Of a stretch of 56,220 nucleotides of DNA, positions 8,687 to 19,062 are shown one piece after another. The stretch is from contig JAEOSU010000041.1 of NCBI GenBank assembly GCA_016840165.1, forward strand, positions 1 through 56,220, read 5' to 3'. A program made the translations under genes and the position numbers. The notes beneath the pieces were generated by a model. It was not told where the DNA came from. It did no database searches and saw only the letters and a program-made list of their open reading frames with translations. Position 1 is the stretch's first letter. Each line of letters opens with the position of its first letter. The DNA is from Promethearchaeota archaeon. GTDB lineage: Archaea > Asgardarchaeota > Lokiarchaeia > Sigyniarchaeales > SOKP01.

Positions 8687-10000
8687 TCAATTTATAACTC
8701 CAAATAAGTTGAAGCCCTCTACTCTTTTTATTTTAACTTCCAAAAAAGTCCCAAATTTTTTATTGAAATTATCAATAAAAACATTTTTATAAGCAATATT
8801 TCTTCCGAAAGCTTGTTTGGGTTGTTCACCTGGATGCAAAACTAAGACTTCTCCTTCCCATCCTTCCCATTTTAAATTCATATCAATTAAACTTTCTCTA
8901 AATATACGTGAAAGTCTTGATGACCTTTCTTTTATGATTTTACTATTGAGTTGTTTCATTTTTTTCGCTTTTGTCCCTGGTCGAGGAGTAAATTTGGAAA
9001 CGTTTAAGATTTCAGGTTTTACTTCCTTAATGATTTGGACGGTTTCATTAAAGTCTGATTCAGTTTCGCCAGGAAAACCACAGATTATGTCTGTAGAAAA
9101 ACTTAGGTTTGGAACATTCTCTTTTAATTTTTTAAGATTTTGAAGCACAGGTTTAATTCTATAGGTTCGATTCATTTTCTGAAGGATATTATCACTCCCA
9201 GATTGAATCGGCATGTGAAATAATTTATACACCTTATCAAAGTTAAAGATAGTTATAAGTTGATTTAAATTTTCAACTATAAATTGTGGATTAACCATTC
9301 CCAACCTTAAGTAGAACTTTTCCTCTAAATTGACAATATTCTCAATTAGATTTGCCAAATTTATATTCCCATATTCATACACACTACAATCTTGAGAAGT
9401 CAAGTAAATTTGTTTTATACCTTGTTTCAATTGGGATTGGACATTCTGAATAATTGATTGAGGTTTATAGCAATATAGTCGACCTCTTGCGTTTTTAACA
9501 CAACAGTAGGTACAGGCTCCTAAACACCCTTCAGAAATTGGAACGATTCCTGTCATTTTTCCTTGAGGAAGGCGAACTTGAAACTTGGATTTATCTATTG
9601 AATGTGAAGCTTTAAAAATTAGATTGCGTTTTCCTTCCTTTAGTTCACCTAAAATTTTTGGAATCTCATGAATGTTATTGAGATCAATAATTGCTCCGAA
9701 ATTTGGTACTAACTTTTCAATGACTTTAATGTAATTCGGTGCGATATGAGGTAGACATCCAGCAATTATTAGATATTTAGTTAGATCTCCTTTATAACGC
9801 TCATAGAGATTACGCAGTCGTCGCTTAATTTTATTTTCTGTCTGTTGTTTTACAGCGCAAGTATTAATAATAACAAATTGTGCACTATTTAAAGCAGTTT
9901 GAACATAATTTGAGTCAACCAACACAGTAGAAATTATGTGGGAATCTGCCTTATTTGAGGCACATCCATATGTTTCGATATAAAATGAATTTTTTATCAT
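8687..10000 (-). CDS. tRNA methylthiotransferase, MiaB-like archaeal (e-MtaB/CDKAL1) type; likely start MIKN at 10000
   Basis: ETYGC..N, INTCAVK, AGCL, radical SAM motif GCLGACTYC, YLRLGMVNP, TDIICGFPGET and a C-terminal TRAM-like region. Confidence 0.9.
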   Translation of the reverse strand: MIKNSFYIETYGCASNKADSHIISTVLVDSNYVQTALNSAQFVIINTCAVKQQTENKIKRRLRNLYERYKGDLTKYLIIAGCLPHIAPNYIKVIEKLVPNFGAIIDLNNIHEIPKILGELKEGKRNLIFKASHSIDKSKFQVRLPQGKMTGIVPISEGCLGACTYCCVKNARGRLYCYKPQSIIQNVQSQLKQGIKQIYLTSQDCSVYEYGNINLANLIENIVNLEEKFYLRLGMVNPQFIVENLNQLITIFNFDKVYKLFHMPIQSGSDNILQKMNRTYRIKPVLQNLKKLKENVPNLSFSTDIICGFPGETESDFNETVQIIKEVKPEILNVSKFTPRPGTKAKKMKQLNSKIIKERSSRLSRIFRESLIDMNLKWEGWEGEVLVLHPGEQPKQAFGRNIAYKNVFIDNFNKKFGTFLEVKIKRVEGFNLFGVIN

Positions 10001-10137
10001 GCGAGATTCAGTGGAATGTAATTTACAGAGATTTATATAACCTTGAGACAAATAGTTCTTTAGATTTCAAAAATTTTTTTAATTAAAAGACTCTATTATT
10101 AAAATTAATCAGCTCGAAAATTTAAGGTAAAAAATTT

Positions 10138-10593
10138 ATGACACAATATTGGTATTGTAAGAAATGCAAAAAAGAAGTTGAAACACCCATTCGAAAACCA
10201 ATGAGGACCTTTCATAAAGTTATTTGGGTAATTGTCATCATTGCATCGGTGGGAATTGCCGCTCTCGTGTTTGCAATATATTATTATAATCGAAAAAAGG
10301 TATATTGCCCAGTGTGTTTCTCAAAATTAGACGTCTCAAGCAAACCTTTTGAAAAAGAAGGAGAGGAAGAAGAATCTATCCCAAAAACTCCTAAAGAAAA
10401 GATTTTAAAAAAAGCTGGGAAAGAAATTCCCGCTAAAAAACGACCTAAAGAAGAGAAAATCGAAGAGATTGAGGAAATAGGGGAACAAGAACGAATAAAG
10501 CCGGAACAAACGTTCTGCCCTTATTGCGGAGAAGATATTAAGGTCGGAATTCGCCGTTGTCCTTATTGTGGCAGTTCCTTGAAAGGGCTATAA
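10138..10593 (+). CDS. LITAF-like membrane-inserted zinc-finger protein with a C-terminal zinc ribbon
   Basis: CKKC...VET, about 25 hydrophobic residues, then VYCPVC; charged linker; CPYCG...CPYCG. Confidence 0.65.
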   Translation: MTQYWYCKKCKKEVETPIRKPMRTFHKVIWVIVIIASVGIAALVFAIYYYNRKKVYCPVCFSKLDVSSKPFEKEGEEEESIPKTPKEKILKKAGKEIPAKKRPKEEKIEEIEEIGEQERIKPEQTFCPYCGEDIKVGIRRCPYCGSSLKGL

Positions 10594-10731
10594 TAAACTA
10601 ATTTACATTTTTTTATCAATCACCTAATATTTAAATAGCCAAAATATTCAAATAAACATAAATTAATAATAAAATAATAGAAAATAGAAATTCTAATTTA
10701 AAATTTAAATTCTTTAGTAGATGATATAATT

Positions 10732-11511
10732 ATGCCAAGAAAAGCAAGAAGAGCACCAACCAGAGCACCCGATCCTTTAGATGAGTTTTCCACATGGGAT
10801 ATACGAATCGCAAAATTAATTTATTATGGGATAATTCTCGCCTCAGCAATAACAATTCTCGGAATATGGCTTACTTTCATAGGAGTTTTAATTGAATCAG
10901 ATGTATGGTTAGAATTAATAAACTTAAATCCGGGAGTTTTAGCTTTAATCATAGTTGGAATTGTTGTTGCCCATTTGTTTTTACTTGTCTTGTTTTACAC
11001 CCTTTTCCGTGGTGGAATCTTGAAACTATGCAAAAGGCTGTTTAAAGATAGGCTTTTAGCTAAAAAGTATGAAGACTACACTACTTTGAGGTTATTATTA
11101 GCTGTTGCGTTAGTAAGTGCATACATTTTTCTTATCACATTATTCGTGGTTATACTCCCTTCGGTATTTTGGGAAGTGGTCGCAAATATCTGGACTGTTT
11201 TCTTTACTAATTTCTTACTTGTTTATCCAGGAGGATGGGTTTTATTTATAGGTCTTTCTATGTTTATAATACTTCTAATAGTATATCTTGGATTCGTTAT
11301 CTGGAATCACGGAGTATTTTTCGTCCTTAAACGGGTGAAACGCATCGAAGAAGAATATGAAGTTGAAGAAGAACTTGAAATAGAAGAGCTACGTCAAGCA
11401 GATGAGGAGACTCTCCAGAATTACTATGAAAAACGGACTGGGAAAAGAGCCATTTATCGAGGCAAAGAAACTAAAGGATATATTGCTTGGAAAAAAGAAA
11501 TCTTGGGCTAA
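10732..11511 (+). CDS. Hypothetical four-TM membrane protein with acidic C-terminal tail
   Basis: 259-aa ORF with four hydrophobic spans. Confidence 0.75.
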   Translation: MPRKARRAPTRAPDPLDEFSTWDIRIAKLIYYGIILASAITILGIWLTFIGVLIESDVWLELINLNPGVLALIIVGIVVAHLFLLVLFYTLFRGGILKLCKRLFKDRLLAKKYEDYTTLRLLLAVALVSAYIFLITLFVVILPSVFWEVVANIWTVFFTNFLLVYPGGWVLFIGLSMFIILLIVYLGFVIWNHGVFFVLKRVKRIEEEYEVEEELEIEELRQADEETLQNYYEKRTGKRAIYRGKETKGYIAWKKEILG

Positions 11512-11567
11512 AATAACTAAATTATAAGAATAAAAAAGGTTTTTTAAATTTTTTTAAATTTTTTTTT

Positions 11568-12515
11568 TTACCTACGCATCATTCTTGGATTCCTAAAGAG
11601 ATCTAATTCTTGTTTTGGTGGTTTGTAGATCGTGGTACCCGTGTTTTTCATTTGCTTATATAACTTTTTAACAATTTTCACAGCACCATCCATAAAATTA
11701 CATGCACATCCAAAAAGCGTCATATAACGAAGGAAAGTCTTATCTTTAGCATAATCTTCATCATAGATTTCTATTTCAAACTCTTTTTGAATTGGATGAC
11801 CATCAACTCGAGCAATTAATTTCTTACCAATATACAGTTTGTAGTTTCTACCTGGTCCAACAACTCCCCGTGCAAGAACAATTTGTAATTGATCCTCTTT
11901 ATCTTCTGGAAGTAATGGAAAGGACCATCTTGAACCAATTAATCTCCAACCACGAACAAGCTTTACTAAATTAATGATCCCGGGAACTTGTAAGAAAAAT
12001 ACTGGTGCAGGATGTTTAATTTCATAACTTTGAATTAAAGAATGAGTTACGCTTAGCTCCACACCTCCTTTGAAATTACCCCCTTTTGCTTTGGAATCGA
12101 GAGTTTCTTCCATAATAGTAAAGTAGCGGCATACTAACCGTTTTTCTTCTAAGGGGTCTTCCTCCCATTGCTCCTTATTAAAAGCTATGATGTGTTTTTT
12201 CTCGTCATCTTCTTCAATCACCCCTTCTATATCAAAATTCTTTGAAAACCATCTTGTTTTAGCCTGATACTTAAGTTGTTGATGAACACCAATTTCTTCG
12301 TCATGGAGCCTCGTGCGCCAGAAGTTTACTTTAATCTTTTTATATACAGTTTGCTTTGGTGCTTTTGGTTCTTCAGGTTTTGCAGCCTCTGTCTTCTTAG
12401 TCGTAGTTTTCTTTTTCTTCGCCGGAGTTGTTCGAGCTTTCTCTTTTGGCTTTTTCTTTTTAGCCATTTCTTCAATCTCTTCAACTGGATCTTCTTCAGT
12501 CATATTAATTTTCAC
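11568..12515 (-). CDS. Hypothetical protein, possible tubby/LURP-one/scramblase-like C-terminal fold
   Basis: Charged N-terminus. C-terminal pattern NYKLY..KKLIARVD...KEFEIEI...hydrophobic helix resembles LURP-one/tubby ends. Fold call is tentative. Confidence 0.55.
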   Translation of the reverse strand: MKINMTEEDPVEEIEEMAKKKKPKEKARTTPAKKKKTTTKKTEAAKPEEPKAPKQTVYKKIKVNFWRTRLHDEEIGVHQQLKYQAKTRWFSKNFDIEGVIEEDDEKKHIIAFNKEQWEEDPLEEKRLVCRYFTIMEETLDSKAKGGNFKGGVELSVTHSLIQSYEIKHPAPVFFLQVPGIINLVKLVRGWRLIGSRWSFPLLPEDKEDQLQIVLARGVVGPGRNYKLYIGKKLIARVDGHPIQKEFEIEIYDEDYAKDKTFLRYMTLFGCACNFMDGAVKIVKKLYKQMKNTGTTIYKPPKQELDLFRNPRMMRR

Positions 12516-12698
12516 TTATTTAGTTATACTATTATAATTTTTTCTTATGATATCAAATTTTTTGGATTGTATATATTCTTTTCCTAATTAGGAATTATTA
12601 ATGATCATAGCATTATAGATTTATAATTTTGAGGGTTATTTTAAAATGGATAATTCTAAAGAATATCCTTACTAAAAATAAGAAAAAAAATCTAAATC

Positions 12699-14933
12699 CT
12701 ATAAATGAACCTCACACTTATCGGAATCACAGAAACGTTCTCCAATAGCCCTATCTCGCGTCTCATCGAGATCTAAAGGCTTTAGATTAGCGATTTTATT
12801 TTCATACTCTTCTTTTGAAATTTCTTCATAAGGCGCTTGTTTATACCCATGTTCTTTAATGGGCAAAAAACTTATACTTTTTAATTTATCCTCACAGAAT
12901 TGTAGTATTCTTTTAATTTCTTTTGCTTCTTCCTTCTTAAAGGTAACAGTAATAGATACTTGATTATCACTCCATAATCCTTGATAGTCTATCGCATTCG
13001 CAACTTGCTCCCATATCGAAACTTCATTTTTTGAACGGTCAAAATATTCCTCATGAACCGGAAATTCTGCAACTACGGTATTAGGAGAGTAGGAATCTTC
13101 CTCAACATAATATCCTGCTTTTTTTATTGGATTAATTAAATCAGAGTTTTTTGAGAGTCGAATTCTTCGAATATAATATTCTGAATGAGGATAATGAATC
13201 CCAGGAGGCACTCCAGGAAGGAGACTCACAGTTCCACTGGGTTTCACAGTAGTTATTTTTATGGACTTCGGAATACAGAGCCAATCGGAATATTGCTCAT
13301 CTAACTGTCGTAGATAAGTATAGGCTTTATCGCACCATTCAAGCATATTCCTTCTACCATGTTTCACAAATGCTTCAATTATACCAGTTTGAGAAATCCC
13401 CATTCGCCGATTCTTCAACATAACCGCGTTCGTTTCTTTCCAGTGCGTATTTACTAATGTCACGCTTTTTGAGTATAAATAAGCATACTTTAAAGTATCT
13501 TGAAATTCCTTATAGGATTCATGTCGTGATGGAAATGTCTCTACCAAACAGCATAATTCAAAACTCTCTAGTGACTGCTCTCCACAAGGGTTCACACCCG
13601 CTACTTTCTTATCCTTATAATCTGGTTTATCTCCCATACGAGAATATTCCCTTGCGTTCTCTAACCAAAAGATTCCCGGTTCACCATTCACCATAATCTG
13701 ATCAGCAATAAAGGAATAATCTAGCCCTTTCACAGCAAAAACACTATTATTACTCGCCCACCTATGCGAATATAATTTTTCTTGATCTTGCTTGCATGTG
13801 ACAAATTCAAGATCCGTGGGATCTCCCAATGCAATTTCTGCACTGCGTCTTACGTTTCCTGCCACTACACATCTGCCAATAAGGTTCATGATATCGACGA
13901 TATCCACCGATGTGATAGCTTTTCCAATTCTATTCTCTAAAATACCTTGGATATCAATCAACATTTCCTTTAATGGTCCGGGTCCGGAGGCAATTCCTCC
14001 AAATCCTCTAATAGGTTCTCCAGCAGGTCGGATCAAATTAAAGTTAAATTTAGGGATCTGCTTTCCGAGGAAAAAAGCTTCTAAAACCAACTTTAAAGAT
14101 TCTACCCATCCTTCTCGACTGTCCTGAATCTCAAAGTCAAAATAACCCTCTTCTGGTTTTTTGATAGTTATCTTTCCTGCACCCTTAGTGTCAAAACCAA
14201 CTCCAACACCTAACATAAGGGCATCCATGACAAATTCAAAGGCTTTTGAGTGTTTTAGGTCGATATCTGCAGTGGAAGCAAATCCACAATTATTAAGAGA
14301 CATGGAGCCATGTCGTGCGATGAATTCAGTTCCCATCATCCAAAGCCCTCTTCCAGGAGGGGAGAATTTGAAGTCCCAGATTTTTTGAAACATAGTCTGT
14401 GCCGAACTTTGAGCTTTATCATCACTCCAAGGCAAACTTAGCTTAATACAGTGTTCCTTTTGTATGGAATAGCATCCTTCAACCACTCGACGCACCGTTT
14501 CCCAGAATTCTTCTTTTCGATTTTCTTTTTCGATCATTCGTGCATAAGTTCTTTTATAGGTTATATATCCTAAAGGACCCCAATCTGGCTGCTTATTTTT
14601 AAATTTCTCAATAAAAGCTTCATCTAATTTAAAACTAATATTTTCCAGATTAATGGCACGAGCAAATAAATTTCTATATTTATTCATACCCCGCTGTGTG
14701 AGTTCCACACAAACCAATTCTCTGATATAATTCGTTGTTATTTCATCTATGCCTAAACCGATAATTTTTCTAATTACATCCGTTGCCACTTCCTCAGCAA
14801 TATGAAAATCTAAACCAGTTTCTTTATTAAGAATCTTTGCAATATTGGTTTCATCAAATGGTTTCTTTTCGCCCTTGGAATTTATAACATACTTTGGATA
14901 TAAATCCGCTAATGAAAATGAATTATTGGTCAT
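12699..14933 (-). CDS. nrdJ: Class II (B12-dependent) ribonucleotide reductase, RTPR-like, with N-terminal ATP cone
   Basis: YKRTYAR, PPGRGLW, LNNC, GVGVGF, VVAGNVRRSAEI, NPCGEQ...CCLVE, KPSGTVS and C-terminal FCDSDKC. Confidence 0.93.
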   Translation of the reverse strand: MTNNSFSLADLYPKYVINSKGEKKPFDETNIAKILNKETGLDFHIAEEVATDVIRKIIGLGIDEITTNYIRELVCVELTQRGMNKYRNLFARAINLENISFKLDEAFIEKFKNKQPDWGPLGYITYKRTYARMIEKENRKEEFWETVRRVVEGCYSIQKEHCIKLSLPWSDDKAQSSAQTMFQKIWDFKFSPPGRGLWMMGTEFIARHGSMSLNNCGFASTADIDLKHSKAFEFVMDALMLGVGVGFDTKGAGKITIKKPEEGYFDFEIQDSREGWVESLKLVLEAFFLGKQIPKFNFNLIRPAGEPIRGFGGIASGPGPLKEMLIDIQGILENRIGKAITSVDIVDIMNLIGRCVVAGNVRRSAEIALGDPTDLEFVTCKQDQEKLYSHRWASNNSVFAVKGLDYSFIADQIMVNGEPGIFWLENAREYSRMGDKPDYKDKKVAGVNPCGEQSLESFELCCLVETFPSRHESYKEFQDTLKYAYLYSKSVTLVNTHWKETNAVMLKNRRMGISQTGIIEAFVKHGRRNMLEWCDKAYTYLRQLDEQYSDWLCIPKSIKITTVKPSGTVSLLPGVPPGIHYPHSEYYIRRIRLSKNSDLINPIKKAGYYVEEDSYSPNTVVAEFPVHEEYFDRSKNEVSIWEQVANAIDYQGLWSDNQVSITVTFKKEEAKEIKRILQFCEDKLKSISFLPIKEHGYKQAPYEEISKEEYENKIANLKPLDLDETRDRAIGERFCDSDKCEVHL

Positions 14934-15357
14934 ATTTTTCCTCTTTTAGATACCTAATTTTTTAAAGTTTTAGATATAAATCGTGAATTTTGAAATACCT
15001 CAACATACCTTATATAAAATTTTTTGCAATAATATAAAGTTATCTTTCTAATTTATTAGTGTATTGATTGATCTCTCTATTTTGCTGCAGTATAAATCTT
15101 ATCATGTTCATGAGATTAATAGTAACACAAATTTTAATTTTTTACGGTTTCTTTTTATAATTTTTTATTGTCGAAATAATGTCGTTGTACTAATAAATAT
15201 CTAGTATTATCCCTATTTAAACAAAAAGAAACTGTGTGTTTTATTATTTATAATTTATTTACAACCATTTAGAATTTAGGATTTATAAGTGCAAATTTTA
15301 AATTTCTGCTCTATAATCTTTACTTAATTTGAATTAGTTACGAAAAAGGATGATTAT

Positions 15358-16185
15358 ATGGTAACAGTAGAAAATATGCTACTAGCTCTTGGTATCGCAA
15401 GTATTGTGCTGTTTATTTACATAATTATAGCATTTATCGTCTGTACTATTAAGAAAAATAATGGACTTATGGATGTCTTTTATGGACCAGGCTACGTGGT
15501 GACCTCATTAACCGCATTGATCGTGAGCGTACTCTTAGGCAACTCGTTAAACATTCGACATATCGTTATGAATCTTTTAGTTATTTTTTGGGCAATAAGA
15601 TTAGGATCTTATGTTTATATCCGAAATCACGGAAAACCAGAAGATCGGCGTTATGCTCGAAGGCGCGATGAATGGAAACACTTCTTACTTCAAAGTTTTT
15701 TCCGACAATTTCTTTTTCAAGGAGTAGTCATAATTATTGTAGATATTCCCGTCTGGTTTGTTAATATTATCGATAATCCACCATTCACGAGTCTTCTTGA
15801 TTTCTTTGGAATTACTATATGGTTAGGAGCAATTATTTGGTTTATTGGGTTCATATTCGAAACATTAGGAGATTGGTCTTTATATAAGTTCCTACAGAAA
15901 GTAGAAAACAGAGGAAAGGTGATGGATAAAGGCGTATGGAAATATACTCAGCATCCCAATTATTTCGGGGAGGTTACGCAGTGGTGGGGTTTATTTATAA
16001 TTGCTCTAGCTGTTCCATTCGGATTTATCACCGTTATTGGACCAGCCTATATTACCTTTCAAATTATAAAAGTATCAGGTGTGCGACTTCTGGATAAACA
16101 TTTTGAAGGAAATGAAGAATATCAAGAATATAAGAGAAGAACAAGCTCATTTATCCCGTGGTTTCCAAAAAAAGACAAAGCATAG
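15358..16185 (+). CDS. DUF1295 (steroid 5-alpha-reductase/ICMT-like) membrane protein
   Basis: WAIRLG.Y...R..GK.EDRRY, GVWKYTQHPNYFGE...WWG, Y..YKRRTSSFIPW. Confidence 0.9.
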   Translation: MVTVENMLLALGIASIVLFIYIIIAFIVCTIKKNNGLMDVFYGPGYVVTSLTALIVSVLLGNSLNIRHIVMNLLVIFWAIRLGSYVYIRNHGKPEDRRYARRRDEWKHFLLQSFFRQFLFQGVVIIIVDIPVWFVNIIDNPPFTSLLDFFGITIWLGAIIWFIGFIFETLGDWSLYKFLQKVENRGKVMDKGVWKYTQHPNYFGEVTQWWGLFIIALAVPFGFITVIGPAYITFQIIKVSGVRLLDKHFEGNEEYQEYKRRTSSFIPWFPKKDKA

Positions 16186-16309
16186 AAAAGAAGACTCTAA
16201 GATAAATCCGAATATCGAATATTGCATAAGTATATAATATATATCAACAATTTTTTATTTTCAAATTATATTTTTCTAACATCACATCTGTGTTTAAATA
16301 ATTTAGATA

Positions 16310-17245
16310 TTGGGATCTAATATGGGAGTATCCATTAAACCAGAAGAGAAAAAAGAAAATCCAGAAAATGCACAAATAATTAAAGAAGAAATTAATCTGC
16401 AATATCATTGGTATATGGCAGCGTTTTTTATGATCTTTTTTGGCTCTATCATTATTCCCGCACTTCTATTAATTATGTATGTCCAATTTTTTTATCTCCC
16501 ATATTTCTTAAACTCAGACAGTATTATTTCAATATTCAACAATTTAGCACCATTATTAGCTTCGGTTCTTATGCCTTTCGTTCTGATTGGTTGCTATTTA
16601 ATTCATATCTTTTTTGTCGGGCTTATTACTCGTTGGTTTTGGCATATCACTGAAAAGCGATCTCCCTCAAAAGATGGAATTATTCCCCGTAACATTCCTA
16701 GTAAAACGCTCAACTATTATCATGTCCGTTCGTTTATGATTAAGTATCCACGAAATGCAGTCCTTCGTGGTCCATTCCCATGGCTGATTAATTGGCTTTA
16801 TAACTTTATAGGATCCAATAAAATTGGTAAGGGAACTACGATAGAGGAACAATTTGGGGCAGATAAATTCGTGGAAACGGGAGAGAATTGCTACATCGGG
16901 GTAAATTCCGGATTTAGCAGTCATGCTGTAGAAGGGATATTTGGTAATATCAGTTATGCCAAAATTAAGCTTGGAGATAACGTAACCACCGCGGGATTAA
17001 ATTGCCTCGCGCCAGGTGTAGAAGTTAAAGATAACTCTGTTTTGTTCCCACTCGCAGGAGCTACTAAATATAGTACCCTCAAAGAGAATAATTTCTATTT
17101 TGGTGTTCCTCTAAGAAAAATCTTTACGAAAAAAGTCCTAACTTACCTAGATATTGGTGAAGAAGATTTAAAACTAATTGAGCAACCTCAAATCGAAAAA
17201 ACCGAGAACGTAAGTAATAAAAAACAAAACCAAGAAAAATCATGA
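16310..17245 (+). CDS. Two-TM + left-handed beta-helix (hexapeptide) protein, type A, cassette 1
   Basis: Two TM helices, SPSKDGIIPRNIPSKT..YYH.RSFMIKY, then KIGKGTTI..ETGENCYIG..KLGDNVT hexapeptide repeats and FGVP. Confidence 0.85.
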   Translation: MGSNMGVSIKPEEKKENPENAQIIKEEINLQYHWYMAAFFMIFFGSIIIPALLLIMYVQFFYLPYFLNSDSIISIFNNLAPLLASVLMPFVLIGCYLIHIFFVGLITRWFWHITEKRSPSKDGIIPRNIPSKTLNYYHVRSFMIKYPRNAVLRGPFPWLINWLYNFIGSNKIGKGTTIEEQFGADKFVETGENCYIGVNSGFSSHAVEGIFGNISYAKIKLGDNVTTAGLNCLAPGVEVKDNSVLFPLAGATKYSTLKENNFYFGVPLRKIFTKKVLTYLDIGEEDLKLIEQPQIEKTENVSNKKQNQEKS

Positions 17246-18168
17246 ATGACAAAGTACAGACAAAAGAGGATGAGGCGTTCCTATCCGACGCTGAAGACGA
17301 AAAGAAGGAAAAGGATTATGCCATTAATTTTGTAACCAGTAGTGCAATCAATCGAATTAGTTTAAAATTCTTATTATTATATATTCCTATCTTATGGTTT
17401 AGCGGGTATATGGCTTTAGCCATTTTTTTCGATATATCAAGACTCATAAATAACTGGCTTATTACTGCCCTGTTAATTCCTGTATGGTTATTCGGACTCT
17501 ACTTCATTTTGGTGTTTGGATTAGCGATTTTTACCCGTGCTATTCTTGTAATTATCAATATGATTCATAAACCGAAAGAAGGTATATTTAAGGCAAAAGA
17601 AGGATGCCGAGATTTTGAATTCTGGCGCTTGAGAACTGAGCTTAAGAAGCTGGCTCTCTGGTTCATGAATAAAGGTCCGTTACCTTGGATTGTTCCTTGG
17701 GGATTTCGCTGGTTTGGAGTATGCATTGACTTCTCAAGTCATCTTCAAGACGCCTGGGTTGATGTGGACTTTATTGACTTTGGCAGAAAAGTCACTGTGG
17801 GTCAGGGTGCGGTAGTTATGAGTTCCATGATAGTGGGACAATACCTCATTATTAAACGAATTATCATCGATGATTATGCGGTAATCGGGGGTGTATCCAA
17901 TATTTCTCCTGGAACGATATTTAAGAGAGACACAGTGGTTGGCGCGTTTTCAAGTACGAATTTTGATCAAATTCTGGACGAAGGATGGATCTATTTTGGA
18001 ATCCCCGCAATTAAGCTCAAACCTAATAAATACGCTGAAGAGCGCCGGGATAAGATCATTAGAAGAGATGTGGAACGCCAAATTAAGTATGAAGAGCCCC
18101 ATAAAATCAATATTGACGAGGATAAGAAGAATTTAGTTAACAATAATCATAAAAAGGAGAAATTATAA
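17242..18168 (+). CDS. Two-TM + left-handed beta-helix protein, type B, cassette 1
   Basis: FVTSSAI.RI, HKPKEGIF..EFW..R, DAWVD..FI.FGRKV.VGQGAVVMSSM, YFGIPA. ATGA overlap with the upstream gene. Confidence 0.85.
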   Translation: MNDKVQTKEDEAFLSDAEDEKKEKDYAINFVTSSAINRISLKFLLLYIPILWFSGYMALAIFFDISRLINNWLITALLIPVWLFGLYFILVFGLAIFTRAILVIINMIHKPKEGIFKAKEGCRDFEFWRLRTELKKLALWFMNKGPLPWIVPWGFRWFGVCIDFSSHLQDAWVDVDFIDFGRKVTVGQGAVVMSSMIVGQYLIIKRIIIDDYAVIGGVSNISPGTIFKRDTVVGAFSSTNFDQILDEGWIYFGIPAIKLKPNKYAEERRDKIIRRDVERQIKYEEPHKINIDEDKKNLVNNNHKKEKL

Positions 18169-18171
18169 ATC

Positions 18172-19023
18172 ATGTCGATTCCCTCAAGTTTAACAGCAGG
18201 TCCATTCGTCTCATTGGTATTGATAAAAAAAAGATATCTAATATTCTATATATATCTTATTTGGGTAAGTTTATTCACGATTCAATTAGAGTTTTGGTGG
18301 TACTGGGATTTGCTCTATGAATCGAAATTCATCCATTTCATTACATTTTTACCACTCCTCATTTTTTTAATGTATCTCACACTGGTTTTTGTTTCACTTC
18401 TCAATGCAAAATTACTCTTAGTTATAGTTAATCTCATTCATAAACCAAATGAAGGGGTTTTCATGCGTAAATCAAATAATAAATTTGGAAAGGATTATCG
18501 CTATTGGTGTATGCGTAGCGTTATTAAGCGATGGCCTATATGGTTGTCTCATAAATTCCCTCTTCCTTTTCTTGACAATATTTGCTTCAAACTTTTTGGA
18601 ATTCGAACAAAATATTCAAACTCGTTGTTCGAGGCATGGGTAGACACTGAATTTCTTGAATTTGGGAAAGAAGTGGTATTAGGACAGGGGAGCATAATTC
18701 AATCATCGGTTATCATGGGTAACTTACTTATCATTCGGAAGACAATTATTGAGGATAACGTGAAAATTGGAGCTCATAGTGTTGTCATGCCTGGAACAAT
18801 AATCCGCAGAAATGCCATATTAGCCGCAAGTTCGATGACAACTATCGGACAAGAACTTGAGGATGATTGGATTTATTTAGGAGTCCCTGCCAAAAAGTTT
18901 AAGGAAAATGTTTTTTATGAGGAAAATTTGGAAGAAATAATCGAAAAACAGATGCATGATGTAGAAAAAATCAGAAAAGAATATGAAAAATTATATACTA
19001 AAAGATATGACAAAGATCTATAA
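18172..19023 (+). CDS. Two-TM + left-handed beta-helix protein, type C, cassette 1
   Basis: MS.P.S...GPF, KDYRYW, WL.HKFP.PFLDNIC, NSLFE.WVDTEF.EFGK, IEDNVKIGAHSVVMPGT. Confidence 0.85.
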   Translation: MSIPSSLTAGPFVSLVLIKKRYLIFYIYLIWVSLFTIQLEFWWYWDLLYESKFIHFITFLPLLIFLMYLTLVFVSLLNAKLLLVIVNLIHKPNEGVFMRKSNNKFGKDYRYWCMRSVIKRWPIWLSHKFPLPFLDNICFKLFGIRTKYSNSLFEAWVDTEFLEFGKEVVLGQGSIIQSSVIMGNLLIIRKTIIEDNVKIGAHSVVMPGTIIRRNAILAASSMTTIGQELEDDWIYLGVPAKKFKENVFYEENLEEIIEKQMHDVEKIRKEYEKLYTKRYDKDL

Positions 19024-19062
19024 TTAATATTTTAATATAATAATAAAAAAGATGTATTATAA

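Noticed and set aside
14934-15357. Cobalamin riboswitch or NrdR box upstream of nrdJ
   Set aside because: No B12-box-like conserved sequence is visible; the NrdR-like match is weak and expected by chance in AT-rich DNA.
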